Part shown: piece after piece, positions 46,046 to 54,928 of the stretch
Position numbering within the stretch: the first letter of the stretch is position 1
How the letters are laid out: every line of letters starts with the position of its first letter
Assembly: GCA_034440395.1 (NCBI GenBank)
Contig: JAWXBW010000047.1
Location: 5,567 to 69,566 of the forward strand
Direction: 5' to 3'
Length of the DNA stretch: 64,000 bases
DNA from: Blastochloris sp.
GTDB lineage: Bacteria > Verrucomicrobiota > Verrucomicrobiia > Methylacidiphilales > JAAUTS01
Notes under the pieces: model-generated
Databases searched by the model: none
Seen by the model: the letters and a program-made list of their open reading frames with translations, nothing else
Told to the model about the DNA's origin: nothing
Made by a program: the position numbers and the translations under genes

Positions 46046-46885
46046 CTACATGCCACCTTGCTGACCTTGAGACAATTTAGCCCGCTCTTTTTTTCCTTCG
46101 GCGACTGTTCCACCAAAAAAGTTCAGGCCGCCCTCACTGGTTGCTATTAATTGTGGTCGAGCACCTTCAATCAATCTATCTTCTTGTTTAGTTAAGGTGC
46201 CCTCTGCGGAGACGACACTGTAACGGTAGGTCTGTCCTGAGAGGGTATGCACCACATGGAGGGAACCAGTGGCGTCCATCTTAGCCACGGGCTTCGTGAA
46301 ATCGGTGAAGCGTCCAAGCTTTTGCGTGGTGTAGATGGTGTTGGTGCTAGGCTCTTCTATGCGAGCGTAAAGAGTGGTTTCATTACGACTTAAAAATTTA
46401 ATCAGAGTCGCCACGCGCTTAATTCCGCTTTCCATCCGCGTCTCCGACCAAATACTTTCGCCCTTACCAATGGAGATAACGAGAGCATCTGTGACGAAAG
46501 GTTTAAGACCGGGAACAGAAAGAACTGCTTTTATTTTATATTGTCCTGTATCCCGTAAGGCATAAACGGGAGTAAGGTCAACCAACACGGAAGTTTTGGC
46601 GCCGGGCTCTATGGTTACGGGACTTATGCTAATCGCTTTTTCGGAACGAACCTTCGTGCCATCAGCGCGATAAATTAGAAAGCTGATCCAGTCGGAACTA
46701 TTGTCAGCATTATTTTTTAAAGAAATTTGTTGATCGCCCACGTTTTCAATATCGACTCTAACGGGAAAAGATTCGTAAAGAAGATAGGTCTCGCGTTCCA
46801 TCGACATTTTGAGATTAACTTGCGCTTGGCTTTCTGCAGCAACGAGAAAAAGGAGGGCGCTGACTAAGGCGAGATAGTTCTTCAT
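46046..46885 (-). CDS. Secreted hypothetical protein
   Basis: 279 aa with signal peptide MKNYLALVSALLFLVAAESQA. The body looks beta-rich and the tail is Gly/Gln-rich. No family recognised. Confidence 0.5.
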   Translation of the reverse strand: MKNYLALVSALLFLVAAESQAQVNLKMSMERETYLLYESFPVRVDIENVGDQQISLKNNADNSSDWISFLIYRADGTKVRSEKAISISPVTIEPGAKTSVLVDLTPVYALRDTGQYKIKAVLSVPGLKPFVTDALVISIGKGESIWSETRMESGIKRVATLIKFLSRNETTLYARIEEPSTNTIYTTQKLGRFTDFTKPVAKMDATGSLHVVHTLSGQTYRYSVVSAEGTLTKQEDRLIEGARPQLIATSEGGLNFFGGTVAEGKKERAKLSQGQQGGM

Positions 46886-47216
46886 GGCGACAGCTTAGTT
46901 GGTATTACAACTTAAGGCAAGACGCAGATAAGCCACTACGATAACCCCTTTTACCACCTTATTAATGGCGCTTAAAAAAATTATTCACAATTTTCGCTCT
47001 CATTAACTCTTGCGGCCGGCTGAGGGCTTTTTTAACCCACTTTTTTTAGAAAATTAGACATTAACTGCTTTAAGACATTCATATAAAGGCATTTATCTAA
47101 GATGACAAACTTGGGGCAACTATCAAGATGTAGCGGTGTTCTTGTGACAAACACGCTACAGGCAGTGTAAATACTTTCATTTTCCCTTAAAAAAACTTTG
47201 ACTCAGCCAGAAATTT

Positions 47217-47264
47217 TCACTATTCCATGTATAGTTCTTTATTCAGTTACACCATTTGTGGTGT
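47217..47264 (+). promoter_or_regulatory. Candidate tandem NrdR boxes upstream of nrdB
   Basis: Box 2 at 47249-47264 is ACACCATTTGTGGTGT, with perfect 6-bp inverted arms and 12/16 matches to the published NrdR consensus acaCwAtATaTwGtgt. Box 1 at 47217-47232 is TCACTATTCCATGTAT (10/16). The centre-to-centre distance is 32 bp, the usual phasing. Confidence 0.4.
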
Positions 47265-47329
47265 AGCCCAGCTAACAAAAAAGCTTTCCTACCCCTAGGC
47301 AAGCTTTTAAAGGCCTCAAATTTTTTTAA

Positions 47330-47361
47330 GTAAAAAGAAGTAAAAAATTGTAAAAGTAAAA
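47330..47361 (+). repeat. Phased GTAAAA repeats in the nrdB leader
   Basis: GTAAAA starts at 47330, 47340, 47350 and 47356. The first three are exactly 10 bp apart. The repeats lie directly upstream of the GGGAGA ribosome-binding site of nrdB. Confidence 0.5.
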
Positions 47362-47383
47362 CGAAGATAGGGAGATACAGATT

Positions 47384-48526
47384 ATGATAGCACCAGCAAC
47401 TGACGAACTTTTAGATCAAATCAATGAACGCGAAGAGGGTAACTTTGTTTACATCTCTTTCCGCAACAAATCTTTCAAGCTCGACCGTAACAAAGCACGT
47501 GCACGTAAAGACGGTAAACGGGTCATCAACGGCGTGCGCACGCCCGAGCTGAATATCATGCCCCTGAAATATCACGAGGCTTATCGTATCTACAAACAGA
47601 TGAAGGCAAACCATTGGGAGCCTGACGTGATCGACATGACAAAAGATTGCACCACATGGAACTCTGATTCCCTGAGCCCGAAGGAGCGTTGGATCATCGA
47701 AATGGGTGTGGGTTATTTTTCCGCCGCTGAAGGCATTGTGGGAGACAGTGTGCTGCACGCCATCGAAAATAACCTGACTGCCGCTGAATTAAAACACGCC
47801 TCTCTGCGCTGGATCGCTGAAGAATCCATCCACATGGACTCCCTCCTCCACATCATCGGCAGCCTCAACATCGATCAAGATGAAGTCACTGCTAAGTTCA
47901 GCGATATCCCCTCTATCGCACGCAAGAATGAGTTTATCACCCGTCATATGCCCGAACTTAAAATGGGCTTAGACCTCACCATAACGGAGAATAAACAAAA
48001 GTTTGCCAAAGCTCTCTTTGGCATTTCTCAAGTTTTAGAAGGCACTCAGTTCTACGCCCTCTTCGCCATGATCCTCTCTCTGCACCGCCAAAATAAAATG
48101 ACCGGCGTTGGCCAGATGTTCCAATATACCCTGCGTGATGAATCCAACCACATCGCCCTAGGCCGCTACATCTTTGAACAACTCGTGGCAGAAAATCCTG
48201 ACATCTGGACGACAGAGTTCAAAGAGCACCTACGCGACTTCATGCGCGAAGGCGTTGCTTTAGAAAAAGAATTCGTCTGCGATTGCTTACCAGAAGACGC
48301 CGTCGGCATGACCCAACAAGAATTCCTCGACTATGTGGACTATAATGCCGACCGCCGCCTCATCAGCGTAGGCCTAGAGCCCCTTTCCACCATTACATCT
48401 AATCCCTTTCTCTGGCTAGATGAAGTGATCTTCCTCAAGAAAGAGAAAAACTTCTTCGAGACACGCGTGACCGAATACCAAACAGGCGGCAGCATGCGCA
48501 ACAGCAACGAGGATGATTTAATTTAG
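47384..48526 (+). CDS. nrdB: Ribonucleotide reductase small subunit, class Ic-like (R2c-type)
   Basis: 380 aa with metal ligands FSAAE116GIV, AE146E147SIH150, VLEGTQFY and RDESNHI. The E116-to-E147 spacing is 31 residues, as in E. coli D84/E115. The position of E. coli Y122 is Leu154 (CTC 47843-47845). Confidence 0.85.
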   Translation: MIAPATDELLDQINEREEGNFVYISFRNKSFKLDRNKARARKDGKRVINGVRTPELNIMPLKYHEAYRIYKQMKANHWEPDVIDMTKDCTTWNSDSLSPKERWIIEMGVGYFSAAEGIVGDSVLHAIENNLTAAELKHASLRWIAEESIHMDSLLHIIGSLNIDQDEVTAKFSDIPSIARKNEFITRHMPELKMGLDLTITENKQKFAKALFGISQVLEGTQFYALFAMILSLHRQNKMTGVGQMFQYTLRDESNHIALGRYIFEQLVAENPDIWTTEFKEHLRDFMREGVALEKEFVCDCLPEDAVGMTQQEFLDYVDYNADRRLISVGLEPLSTITSNPFLWLDEVIFLKKEKNFFETRVTEYQTGGSMRNSNEDDLI

Positions 48527-48579
48527 TCAGCCCTCCATTCCTAGCGTCTGAACACCTAACCAAAAAGGATCCCCTCACC

Positions 48580-51429
48580 ATGACCACTGCTCTTTCTTCC
48601 CTTGAAGTCATCAACATTGACGAAGTCAACTCTGGCTTTCCCCAAGTTATTCGTCGAGATCTCTCCCATGCCGAATCTGGTAAACCGCGCGTCGTGCCTT
48701 GGATGGGCTATAAAATCGAGCTCGCTGTCCAAGCCGCTTGCGTAGAATACAAGGTTGACCCTGCTATCGGTTCCCAAGTCCGGGCCGAGATCGAGTTCCG
48801 CATGAAGAAAGATCGACCCCTCTTCATCCACATCGAACAACTCCAAGACCTGGTCGAAGAAACCCTCATGGACATCAACCAGCCCCGCGTCGCCCTAGCC
48901 TACGGTAAATACCGTGCTAAACGCGCCGCTCTGCGTGAACTGGAAGTTGCCCAATCCATCAACGACAAGCCTGACCAACTTGAACTCGCCACCCGCGAAC
49001 AGCTCTCCGACATCCGCGCCCGCATATCCTACGCTAAGATCAATCTCAAACTCACTCTGACCGAGAACGAAATCATCGCCCGCCTCTTGCGTAGCACCTC
49101 CATGTCCCTTTCCGCATCGGAACAACGCGAGGCCATTATCCTCAACGCCAAAAACCTCCTCGACACCGATGCTGATTCTCGCTTCCTCGCTGGCCGCATC
49201 CTCCTCACCTACATCTACGAGGAAACGCTCAACTGGAAAATCTCCGACGGCATCGACGCTCTCAAAGAGGCCCATCGTGCAGCCTTCATCGCCTACATCC
49301 CGAAAGGCATCGCCGTTAATCGCTTAGATAAACGCCTAGCCGACTTTGACCTAAAAGAACTTTCCGAAGCCATCGACCCCTTTGCCGATTTACAGTTCGA
49401 CTTCCTCGGCGTCCAAACCCTCTACGACCGCTACCTCATTCACCACAAAGAAGACCAAGTTAAGAGCGGCAAGAAACGCCTTGAAGCTCCCCAGATCTTC
49501 TGGATGCGCGTCGCTATGGGTTTAGCTATTCTAGAAAAAGATAAAAACAAACGCGCCGTAGAATTCTATAACGTCTATAAAACCAAGCGCGCCTGCTCCT
49601 CCACCCCCACCCTCTTTAACGCAGGCACCCTCCACTCCCAACTCTCCAGTTGTTACCTGCTCTATTGTGGCGACAGCATTGAAGAAATAACCGAAACCTG
49701 GCGCCGCTTTTCCCTTCTCTCTAAATGGGCAGGTGGCCTCGGCTGCTCTTGGTCCGCCGTTCGTGGCTCTGGGGCTCACATCCACGGCACCAACGGCGAA
49801 TCCTCCGGCGTCATCCCCTTCCTCAAAGTCTCTAACGACATCGCCATCGCCGTGAACCAAGGCGGCAAACGCCCAGGAGCACTTTGCAGCTACCTAGAAC
49901 TCTGGCACATGGACATCGAGGACTTCCTCGACCTCCGTAAAGAAACCGGTGATGAACGTCGCCGCACCCACAATATGAACACGGCCAACTGGATTCCAGA
50001 CTTGTTCATGAAACGACTCAATGACATCTCCGAAGGTAAACTTCCTAAAGATGCCACTTGGACACTCTTCCGCACCAACGACGTGCGCGACCTCCCAGAA
50101 ACTTACGGTAAAAACTTCGAGACCCGCTACCTCGCCTACGAAGCCCTCTTCCAAGAAGGCAAAATCTACGGCCGTCAAGTTCGCGTCCTCGCCCTCTGGA
50201 AAAAGATGATCGAGATGATCTTTGAAACCGGTCACGCTTGGATGACTTGGAAAGATCCCGCCAACATCCGCTCACCACAAGACCACGCCGGCGTTATCCA
50301 TAACTCCAACCTCTGCACCGAGATTGAACTGAACACCAGCAGTGATGAAGTCGCCGTCTGCAACCTCGCTTCCATTAACCTCATCGAACACCTCAAAGAC
50401 GACGGCAGCCTCGACCATGATAAACTACGGGACTCCGTCAGCATCGTCATGCGTATGCTGGATAACGTGATCGACATCAACTACTACCCAGTCGAAGCCG
50501 CCGCCAACTCCAACTACCGCCACCGACCCGTAGGCTTAGGCGTCATGGGGTTACAAGACGTGCTCTATAAAAAGCGCATCCCCTTTGACTCCCTTGAGGC
50601 CGTTGATTTAAACGACGAGATTATGGAAGCGATCGCTTTTCATGCCTACTCCGCCTCCAGCGATTTGGCAGCAGAGCGTGGAGCTTACTCCAGCTTCAAA
50701 GGTTCTAAGTGGGATCGTGGCATGATGCCCATTGATACTCTCAACCTCCTAGAATCTGAACGCGGCACCCCTGTCTTAGTCGATCGTAAAACCCGCTTAG
50801 ATTGGAATGGCCTGCGCGAAAAAATACAACGTCAAGGCATGAGAAATTCTAACTGCCTAGCCATCGCCCCCACCGCCACCATCTCCAACATCATGGGCTC
50901 CACCCCTTGTATCGAACCCACCTACAAGCACATCCACACCAAATCTAACCTCTCTGGAGACTTTGTCCGCACCAACGATTTCTTAGTCAAAGAACTCATG
51001 GCCTTAGGCTTATGGGATGAAGAAATGCTGGCCGACATGAAATACTTCGACGGCTCCATCCAACCCATTGAACGTATTCCCGACGACATCAAAAACATCT
51101 TTAAAACCGCTTTTGAAATCGAGCCTACTTGGATTCTTCAATGCGCCGCCGTTCGTCAAAAATGGATAGACCAATCCCAGTCCGTTAACCTCTTCCTAGC
51201 CGAGAACAACGCCCGCGCCGCCTCCTTCATGTATCGCGAAGCCTGGGAACGCGGCTTAAAAACTACCTACTACCTACGCACCATCAATAAGAGCGGAATT
51301 GACAGTGCCAACCGCGAGCGGAAGAAAGTCGATCCTACGGGAATCAAACGCGAAGCCACTGAAGCAGAAATCAACGCTTGCTCCATCGAAGCCATGCGCA
51401 GCGGCGGCACCTGCGAGAGCTGTCAGTAA
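48580..51429 (+). CDS. nrdA: Ribonucleotide-diphosphate reductase large subunit (class I)
   Basis: 949 aa with an ATP-cone-like N-terminus (VIRRD...IEQLQDLVEETLM), PTLFNAGT, NLCTEI and a C-terminal redox pair CESCQ. Confidence 0.95.
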   Translation: MTTALSSLEVINIDEVNSGFPQVIRRDLSHAESGKPRVVPWMGYKIELAVQAACVEYKVDPAIGSQVRAEIEFRMKKDRPLFIHIEQLQDLVEETLMDINQPRVALAYGKYRAKRAALRELEVAQSINDKPDQLELATREQLSDIRARISYAKINLKLTLTENEIIARLLRSTSMSLSASEQREAIILNAKNLLDTDADSRFLAGRILLTYIYEETLNWKISDGIDALKEAHRAAFIAYIPKGIAVNRLDKRLADFDLKELSEAIDPFADLQFDFLGVQTLYDRYLIHHKEDQVKSGKKRLEAPQIFWMRVAMGLAILEKDKNKRAVEFYNVYKTKRACSSTPTLFNAGTLHSQLSSCYLLYCGDSIEEITETWRRFSLLSKWAGGLGCSWSAVRGSGAHIHGTNGESSGVIPFLKVSNDIAIAVNQGGKRPGALCSYLELWHMDIEDFLDLRKETGDERRRTHNMNTANWIPDLFMKRLNDISEGKLPKDATWTLFRTNDVRDLPETYGKNFETRYLAYEALFQEGKIYGRQVRVLALWKKMIEMIFETGHAWMTWKDPANIRSPQDHAGVIHNSNLCTEIELNTSSDEVAVCNLASINLIEHLKDDGSLDHDKLRDSVSIVMRMLDNVIDINYYPVEAAANSNYRHRPVGLGVMGLQDVLYKKRIPFDSLEAVDLNDEIMEAIAFHAYSASSDLAAERGAYSSFKGSKWDRGMMPIDTLNLLESERGTPVLVDRKTRLDWNGLREKIQRQGMRNSNCLAIAPTATISNIMGSTPCIEPTYKHIHTKSNLSGDFVRTNDFLVKELMALGLWDEEMLADMKYFDGSIQPIERIPDDIKNIFKTAFEIEPTWILQCAAVRQKWIDQSQSVNLFLAENNARAASFMYREAWERGLKTTYYLRTINKSGIDSANRERKKVDPTGIKREATEAEINACSIEAMRSGGTCESCQ

Positions 51430-51468
51430 GTCGTAGCGCACCACTGCATTTACCGGCTAATAAAACTT

Positions 51469-51503
51469 AACCCCGTCCCGCCTCAGGCTGGGCGGGGTTT
51501 TTT
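51469..51503 (+). terminator. Rho-independent terminator of nrdA
   Basis: AACCCCGTCC (51469-51478) pairs with GGGCGGGGTT (51490-51499). The T run covers 51498-51503. Confidence 0.75.
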
Positions 51504-51685
51504 GTTGGTGAAGGTGAAGCCTTTACCATTCTGTAAAAATTAAGCTAACCCTTCAGGCAAATCTTTTTTGTTAAAAAATCCCAACATTTTTTGAGAAACG
51601 AAATAAAGCACTGCTCTCTTACGACCTAGGTAACGGGTATCGTATTCTGTTTCGTCTCCTCTTCAACCCTGCGGGGTAATTTTCC

Positions 51686-53146
51686 TCATGTTCCGCAAAA
51701 CGTCTGGTAAGGCGGGGCTCCCGACGCAGCGGGCTCCGAGAAGACAGCTGCTGCTGTATTTTCAGCAAAGGGATTTTTGAGCACCGCAAGTAATCGATGC
51801 AATACTGAAAAATCGTCGTTCTTCACCGCCGCCGAAAGCGCCTCCTCCACACGATGATTGCGCGGAATAAAAGCAGGATTGCTCGCATGCATGAGACGAA
51901 GCACCTCGGCACTAGACTGCGGCTGCGAGCGCAAGCGAGCCTGCCATTTCTGATGCCACGCAGCGTCTATTCCCCCACTGCCCTCAGGGTCAAGCGAACG
52001 GAACGTATTCGTGTAATCCAAACCAGCGTCTTTCATCAACCGCAGTAGGCTTTCAAAAAGTTCATTATCGCCAGATTCCACATTAAACAAACCCAACTTA
52101 GCACTCATTCCTGCAAGCCAGTTCCTCTGGAACAAATCAGGAAACGCTAGTAACGCCCCCTGCGCCATTTCCAACGACTTAGTCTTGTCGGCATCCAAAA
52201 CCGGCAACAACGATTCCGCCAAACGCGCCAGATTCCAGTGCGCAATCGACGGCTGATTTCCATAGGCATAGCGCCCGTGATGGTCGATTGAACTGAAAAC
52301 TGTCGCTGGATCGTAAGTGTCCATAAAAGCGCAGGGCCCATAGTCGATGGTCTCGCCGGAAAGTGCCATGTTATCCGTGTTCATCACCCCGTGTACAAAT
52401 CCCACCAGCATCCACTGCGCCAGTAGCGAAGCCTGCCTCTCGATCACTCCCTCAAGCAATGCGAGCGGCGGAGAAATCGCCTCAGCCCGTTCCGGAAAAT
52501 GACGCCGAAGCGTGTAGTCAGTCAGTTTTTCCAAAGCGGAAATCTCGCCGCGCCGCGCCCCGTATTCAAACGTGCCAACCCGAATGTGGCTCGCTGCGAT
52601 GCGCGTCAGAACCGCCCCGCGTAACGGCGTTTCGCGGTGCACCCACTCCCCCGTTGTCACTACAGCCAGGCTCCGCGTAGTCGGAATCCCTAACCCCACC
52701 ATCGCTTCGCTCATTAGATACTCGCGTAACATCGGCCCCAGTCCCGCCCGCCCGTCGCCACGCCGAGAGAAGGGCGTTTGCCCGGCTCCTTTAAGCTGAA
52801 CGTCCAGCCGCATACCTGCGGGCGTAAGATGCTCTCCCAATAAAATCGCCCGTCCGTCCCCGAGCATTGTCGGATGGCCATACTGATGCCCTGCATAGGC
52901 CTGCGCTATGGGCTCCGCACCCAGTGGAATCATGTTGCCCGAAAAGATCCCCGCGCCATCCGGCCCGCTTAACACATCCCCATTAAGCCCCATCTCCCGC
53001 GCCAGCTCGGTATTGAAAATCACCACCGCTGGATCGCTCACCGGCACTGGTGCCGAACGCATGAAAAAAATCTCTGGTAAACGGATGTAGGAATTATCAA
53101 AGTGCCACCCAGTGCTGACAGATTCGTGTTGAGATATTTTAGGCAT
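51686..53146 (-). CDS. selO: SelO/YdiU-family protein adenylyltransferase (AMPylase)
   Basis: AGHQYGHPTMLGDGRAILLGE, VQLKGAGQTPFSRRGDGRAGLGPMLREYLMSEAMVGLGIPTTRSL, HIRVGTFEY and VHGVMNTDNM. ATG 53146 (MPKISQHE...GWHFDNSYIRLPEIF) is preferred over the track start at 53263. Confidence 0.9.
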   Translation of the reverse strand: MPKISQHESVSTGWHFDNSYIRLPEIFFMRSAPVPVSDPAVVIFNTELAREMGLNGDVLSGPDGAGIFSGNMIPLGAEPIAQAYAGHQYGHPTMLGDGRAILLGEHLTPAGMRLDVQLKGAGQTPFSRRGDGRAGLGPMLREYLMSEAMVGLGIPTTRSLAVVTTGEWVHRETPLRGAVLTRIAASHIRVGTFEYGARRGEISALEKLTDYTLRRHFPERAEAISPPLALLEGVIERQASLLAQWMLVGFVHGVMNTDNMALSGETIDYGPCAFMDTYDPATVFSSIDHHGRYAYGNQPSIAHWNLARLAESLLPVLDADKTKSLEMAQGALLAFPDLFQRNWLAGMSAKLGLFNVESGDNELFESLLRLMKDAGLDYTNTFRSLDPEGSGGIDAAWHQKWQARLRSQPQSSAEVLRLMHASNPAFIPRNHRVEEALSAAVKNDDFSVLHRLLAVLKNPFAENTAAAVFSEPAASGAPPYQTFCGT

Positions 53147-53259
53147 GATATGTATAAATGCTCCCCCATTATGCCTGCCCTGTCCAGCCCTGCTCGACTT
53201 GACTCCCCCTTGCACATTGCCCCACCAAGAGTGACGCCAGTAGAAGGGCGAGAAAAGAT

Positions 53260-54675
53260 TCAAATAAGGGCTCGTTGCTTTTCAGCTAACATTCGGCGAG
53301 CAAGTTCCCCGACAATTGCGCTATAGGTCGGATAAGAGAGACGGGTGCTCGCTAAAATACTCAGCGTCACGCCTGCCGACATGGCGATTGCCAACCCTTG
53401 GATCAACTCCAACGCATTTTCACCAATGGCATGAGCACCAAGTAGAATGCCGGTTGGTCGGTCTGCAATCAGTTTTACAAACCCATGCTTGCGCCCGTCG
53501 ATGATTGCGCGATCTAAATTTGCGTAATCCGCAGAGGCCGAAATAAAGTCAAGTTTTCGCACTTGCGCCTCCCGCTCTGTCAGGCCCACTCCCGCATGAT
53601 CTGGATCCGTGAAACCTCCACTCGGCAACAACTCAGGTTGATGTTCCGACTTCGCTCCGAGCACGGCGTTTTCGGCAGCCACCATGGCTTCGAAGTGCGC
53701 CCCCTGCACCAACATGTCACGCCCATGCACATCGCCAGCGGCAAAGATGTGTTCTAGATTTGTCTGCATGAACCGATTCACCTTGAGAAATCCTCGTTCT
53801 GTATGGAGGCCGACCGCCTCAATCCCGATATCTTCAAGCGCAGCGGGCCAGCCCAGACAGAGTAGCACAGTCTCGACTTCGATTTCACTGTGCGCTCCAG
53901 CGTGCCTATAATGCAAGCGACGCATGCCAGTGCTCGTCATTTCTATCCGCTCCACCACTTCGATTTCAGTCACGACCACCACGCCGAGTGCCTCGAAACG
54001 TTCGCGTAAGACAGCGCTAACCATGGAGTCGGCGCTGGGCACGATGGCTGGTGCGAGGTCTAGGAGGGTAACGTGTGAGCCAAAGGCATTCATGATTGAA
54101 CACACCTGCACCCCAGTGTAGCCGCTTCCGATTATTGCGATTGATTTTGGCATCTGCTTTAGAGAAAAGAGTTCTTCTGGAACAATGCCCAATTCTGCGC
54201 CATCGAAAGTTGGTCGCCTCGCCCTGCCGCCTACGCAGAGAATGATTTTTTCGGCCTTGAGCTCACGCTTGGAATCGGCCAGTTGCAAGACTTTCGGATC
54301 CAAGAACTTCGCAGAGCCCTCTAAAAAAATCTCTCCTCCACCAGCGCGGAGTCGCTGCGCTGTCTGCTTGTTAGCGTGAACCTCTTCCACAACCTCGTGC
54401 ACGCGCGCTAGTGTTCGTGACCAAACAACTTTCGGATCAGATACCTCGACTCCGTAAAGTTCGGCCGAGCGAATATCCCGCAGCAGCCGTGCTGCCACGG
54501 CGAGCACACGAGTAGGCACGCAGCCAGTATTCGTACAGGTGCCGCCCATTCGGACCCGATCAATCAGCCCAACCCGTGCTCCTAGTTCCGTCGCACGCAG
54601 GGCAGCGCGTGCTCCCGCAGGCCCTGCCCCCACCACTAGGACATCAAAACTTCTTTTTTCCAAAATAGTAATCAT
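53260..54675 (-). CDS. Class I pyridine-nucleotide-disulfide oxidoreductase (dihydrolipoamide dehydrogenase / mercuric reductase-like)
   Basis: 471 aa with VVGAGPAGARAA, the redox-active GGTCTNTGCVPTR, a second Rossmann fold IIGSGYTG, and FAAGDV. The C-terminal motif is SYPTYSA instead of the usual HPT..E. Confidence 0.8.
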   Translation of the reverse strand: MITILEKRSFDVLVVGAGPAGARAALRATELGARVGLIDRVRMGGTCTNTGCVPTRVLAVAARLLRDIRSAELYGVEVSDPKVVWSRTLARVHEVVEEVHANKQTAQRLRAGGGEIFLEGSAKFLDPKVLQLADSKRELKAEKIILCVGGRARRPTFDGAELGIVPEELFSLKQMPKSIAIIGSGYTGVQVCSIMNAFGSHVTLLDLAPAIVPSADSMVSAVLRERFEALGVVVVTEIEVVERIEMTSTGMRRLHYRHAGAHSEIEVETVLLCLGWPAALEDIGIEAVGLHTERGFLKVNRFMQTNLEHIFAAGDVHGRDMLVQGAHFEAMVAAENAVLGAKSEHQPELLPSGGFTDPDHAGVGLTEREAQVRKLDFISASADYANLDRAIIDGRKHGFVKLIADRPTGILLGAHAIGENALELIQGLAIAMSAGVTLSILASTRLSYPTYSAIVGELARRMLAEKQRALI

Positions 54676-54928
54676 TTATTAAAAGTGAGCAGTGTATAGT
54701 TCAGTAAAATATTCAATCCACCAGAGAACACTACGCTCAAACAAAAAATCTGCTGCAAAAGAAACAGAGTGGACTAATGCAGGAGCACCGAGATGTACGC
54801 GGGTAAGGGAATTATTTTCCTGCCACTAAGGGGAAATAACATTGATATCGAAAATGCTTTTCTCTCGTTCTCATTGATTTGCTCAAAATATTTCCAGCGA
54901 AAAGGACGAATCTGCGCTACTTTATTGG

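Noticed and set aside
47197-47235. Sigma-70 promoter guess for nrdB (TTGACT 47197-47202; TATAGT 47230-47235).
   Set aside because: The two hexamers are 27 nt apart, and each lacks a properly spaced partner. I cannot place a promoter with confidence.
48556-50480. Numerous antisense or alternative-frame track ORFs inside nrdA. The same occurs in tolC, the RND gene, clpC, selO and the oxidoreductase gene.
   Set aside because: They are stop-poor shadow frames typical of GC3-rich, strongly codon-biased genes. Their products are low-complexity (Gly/Arg/Ser-rich) and overlap well-supported genes.
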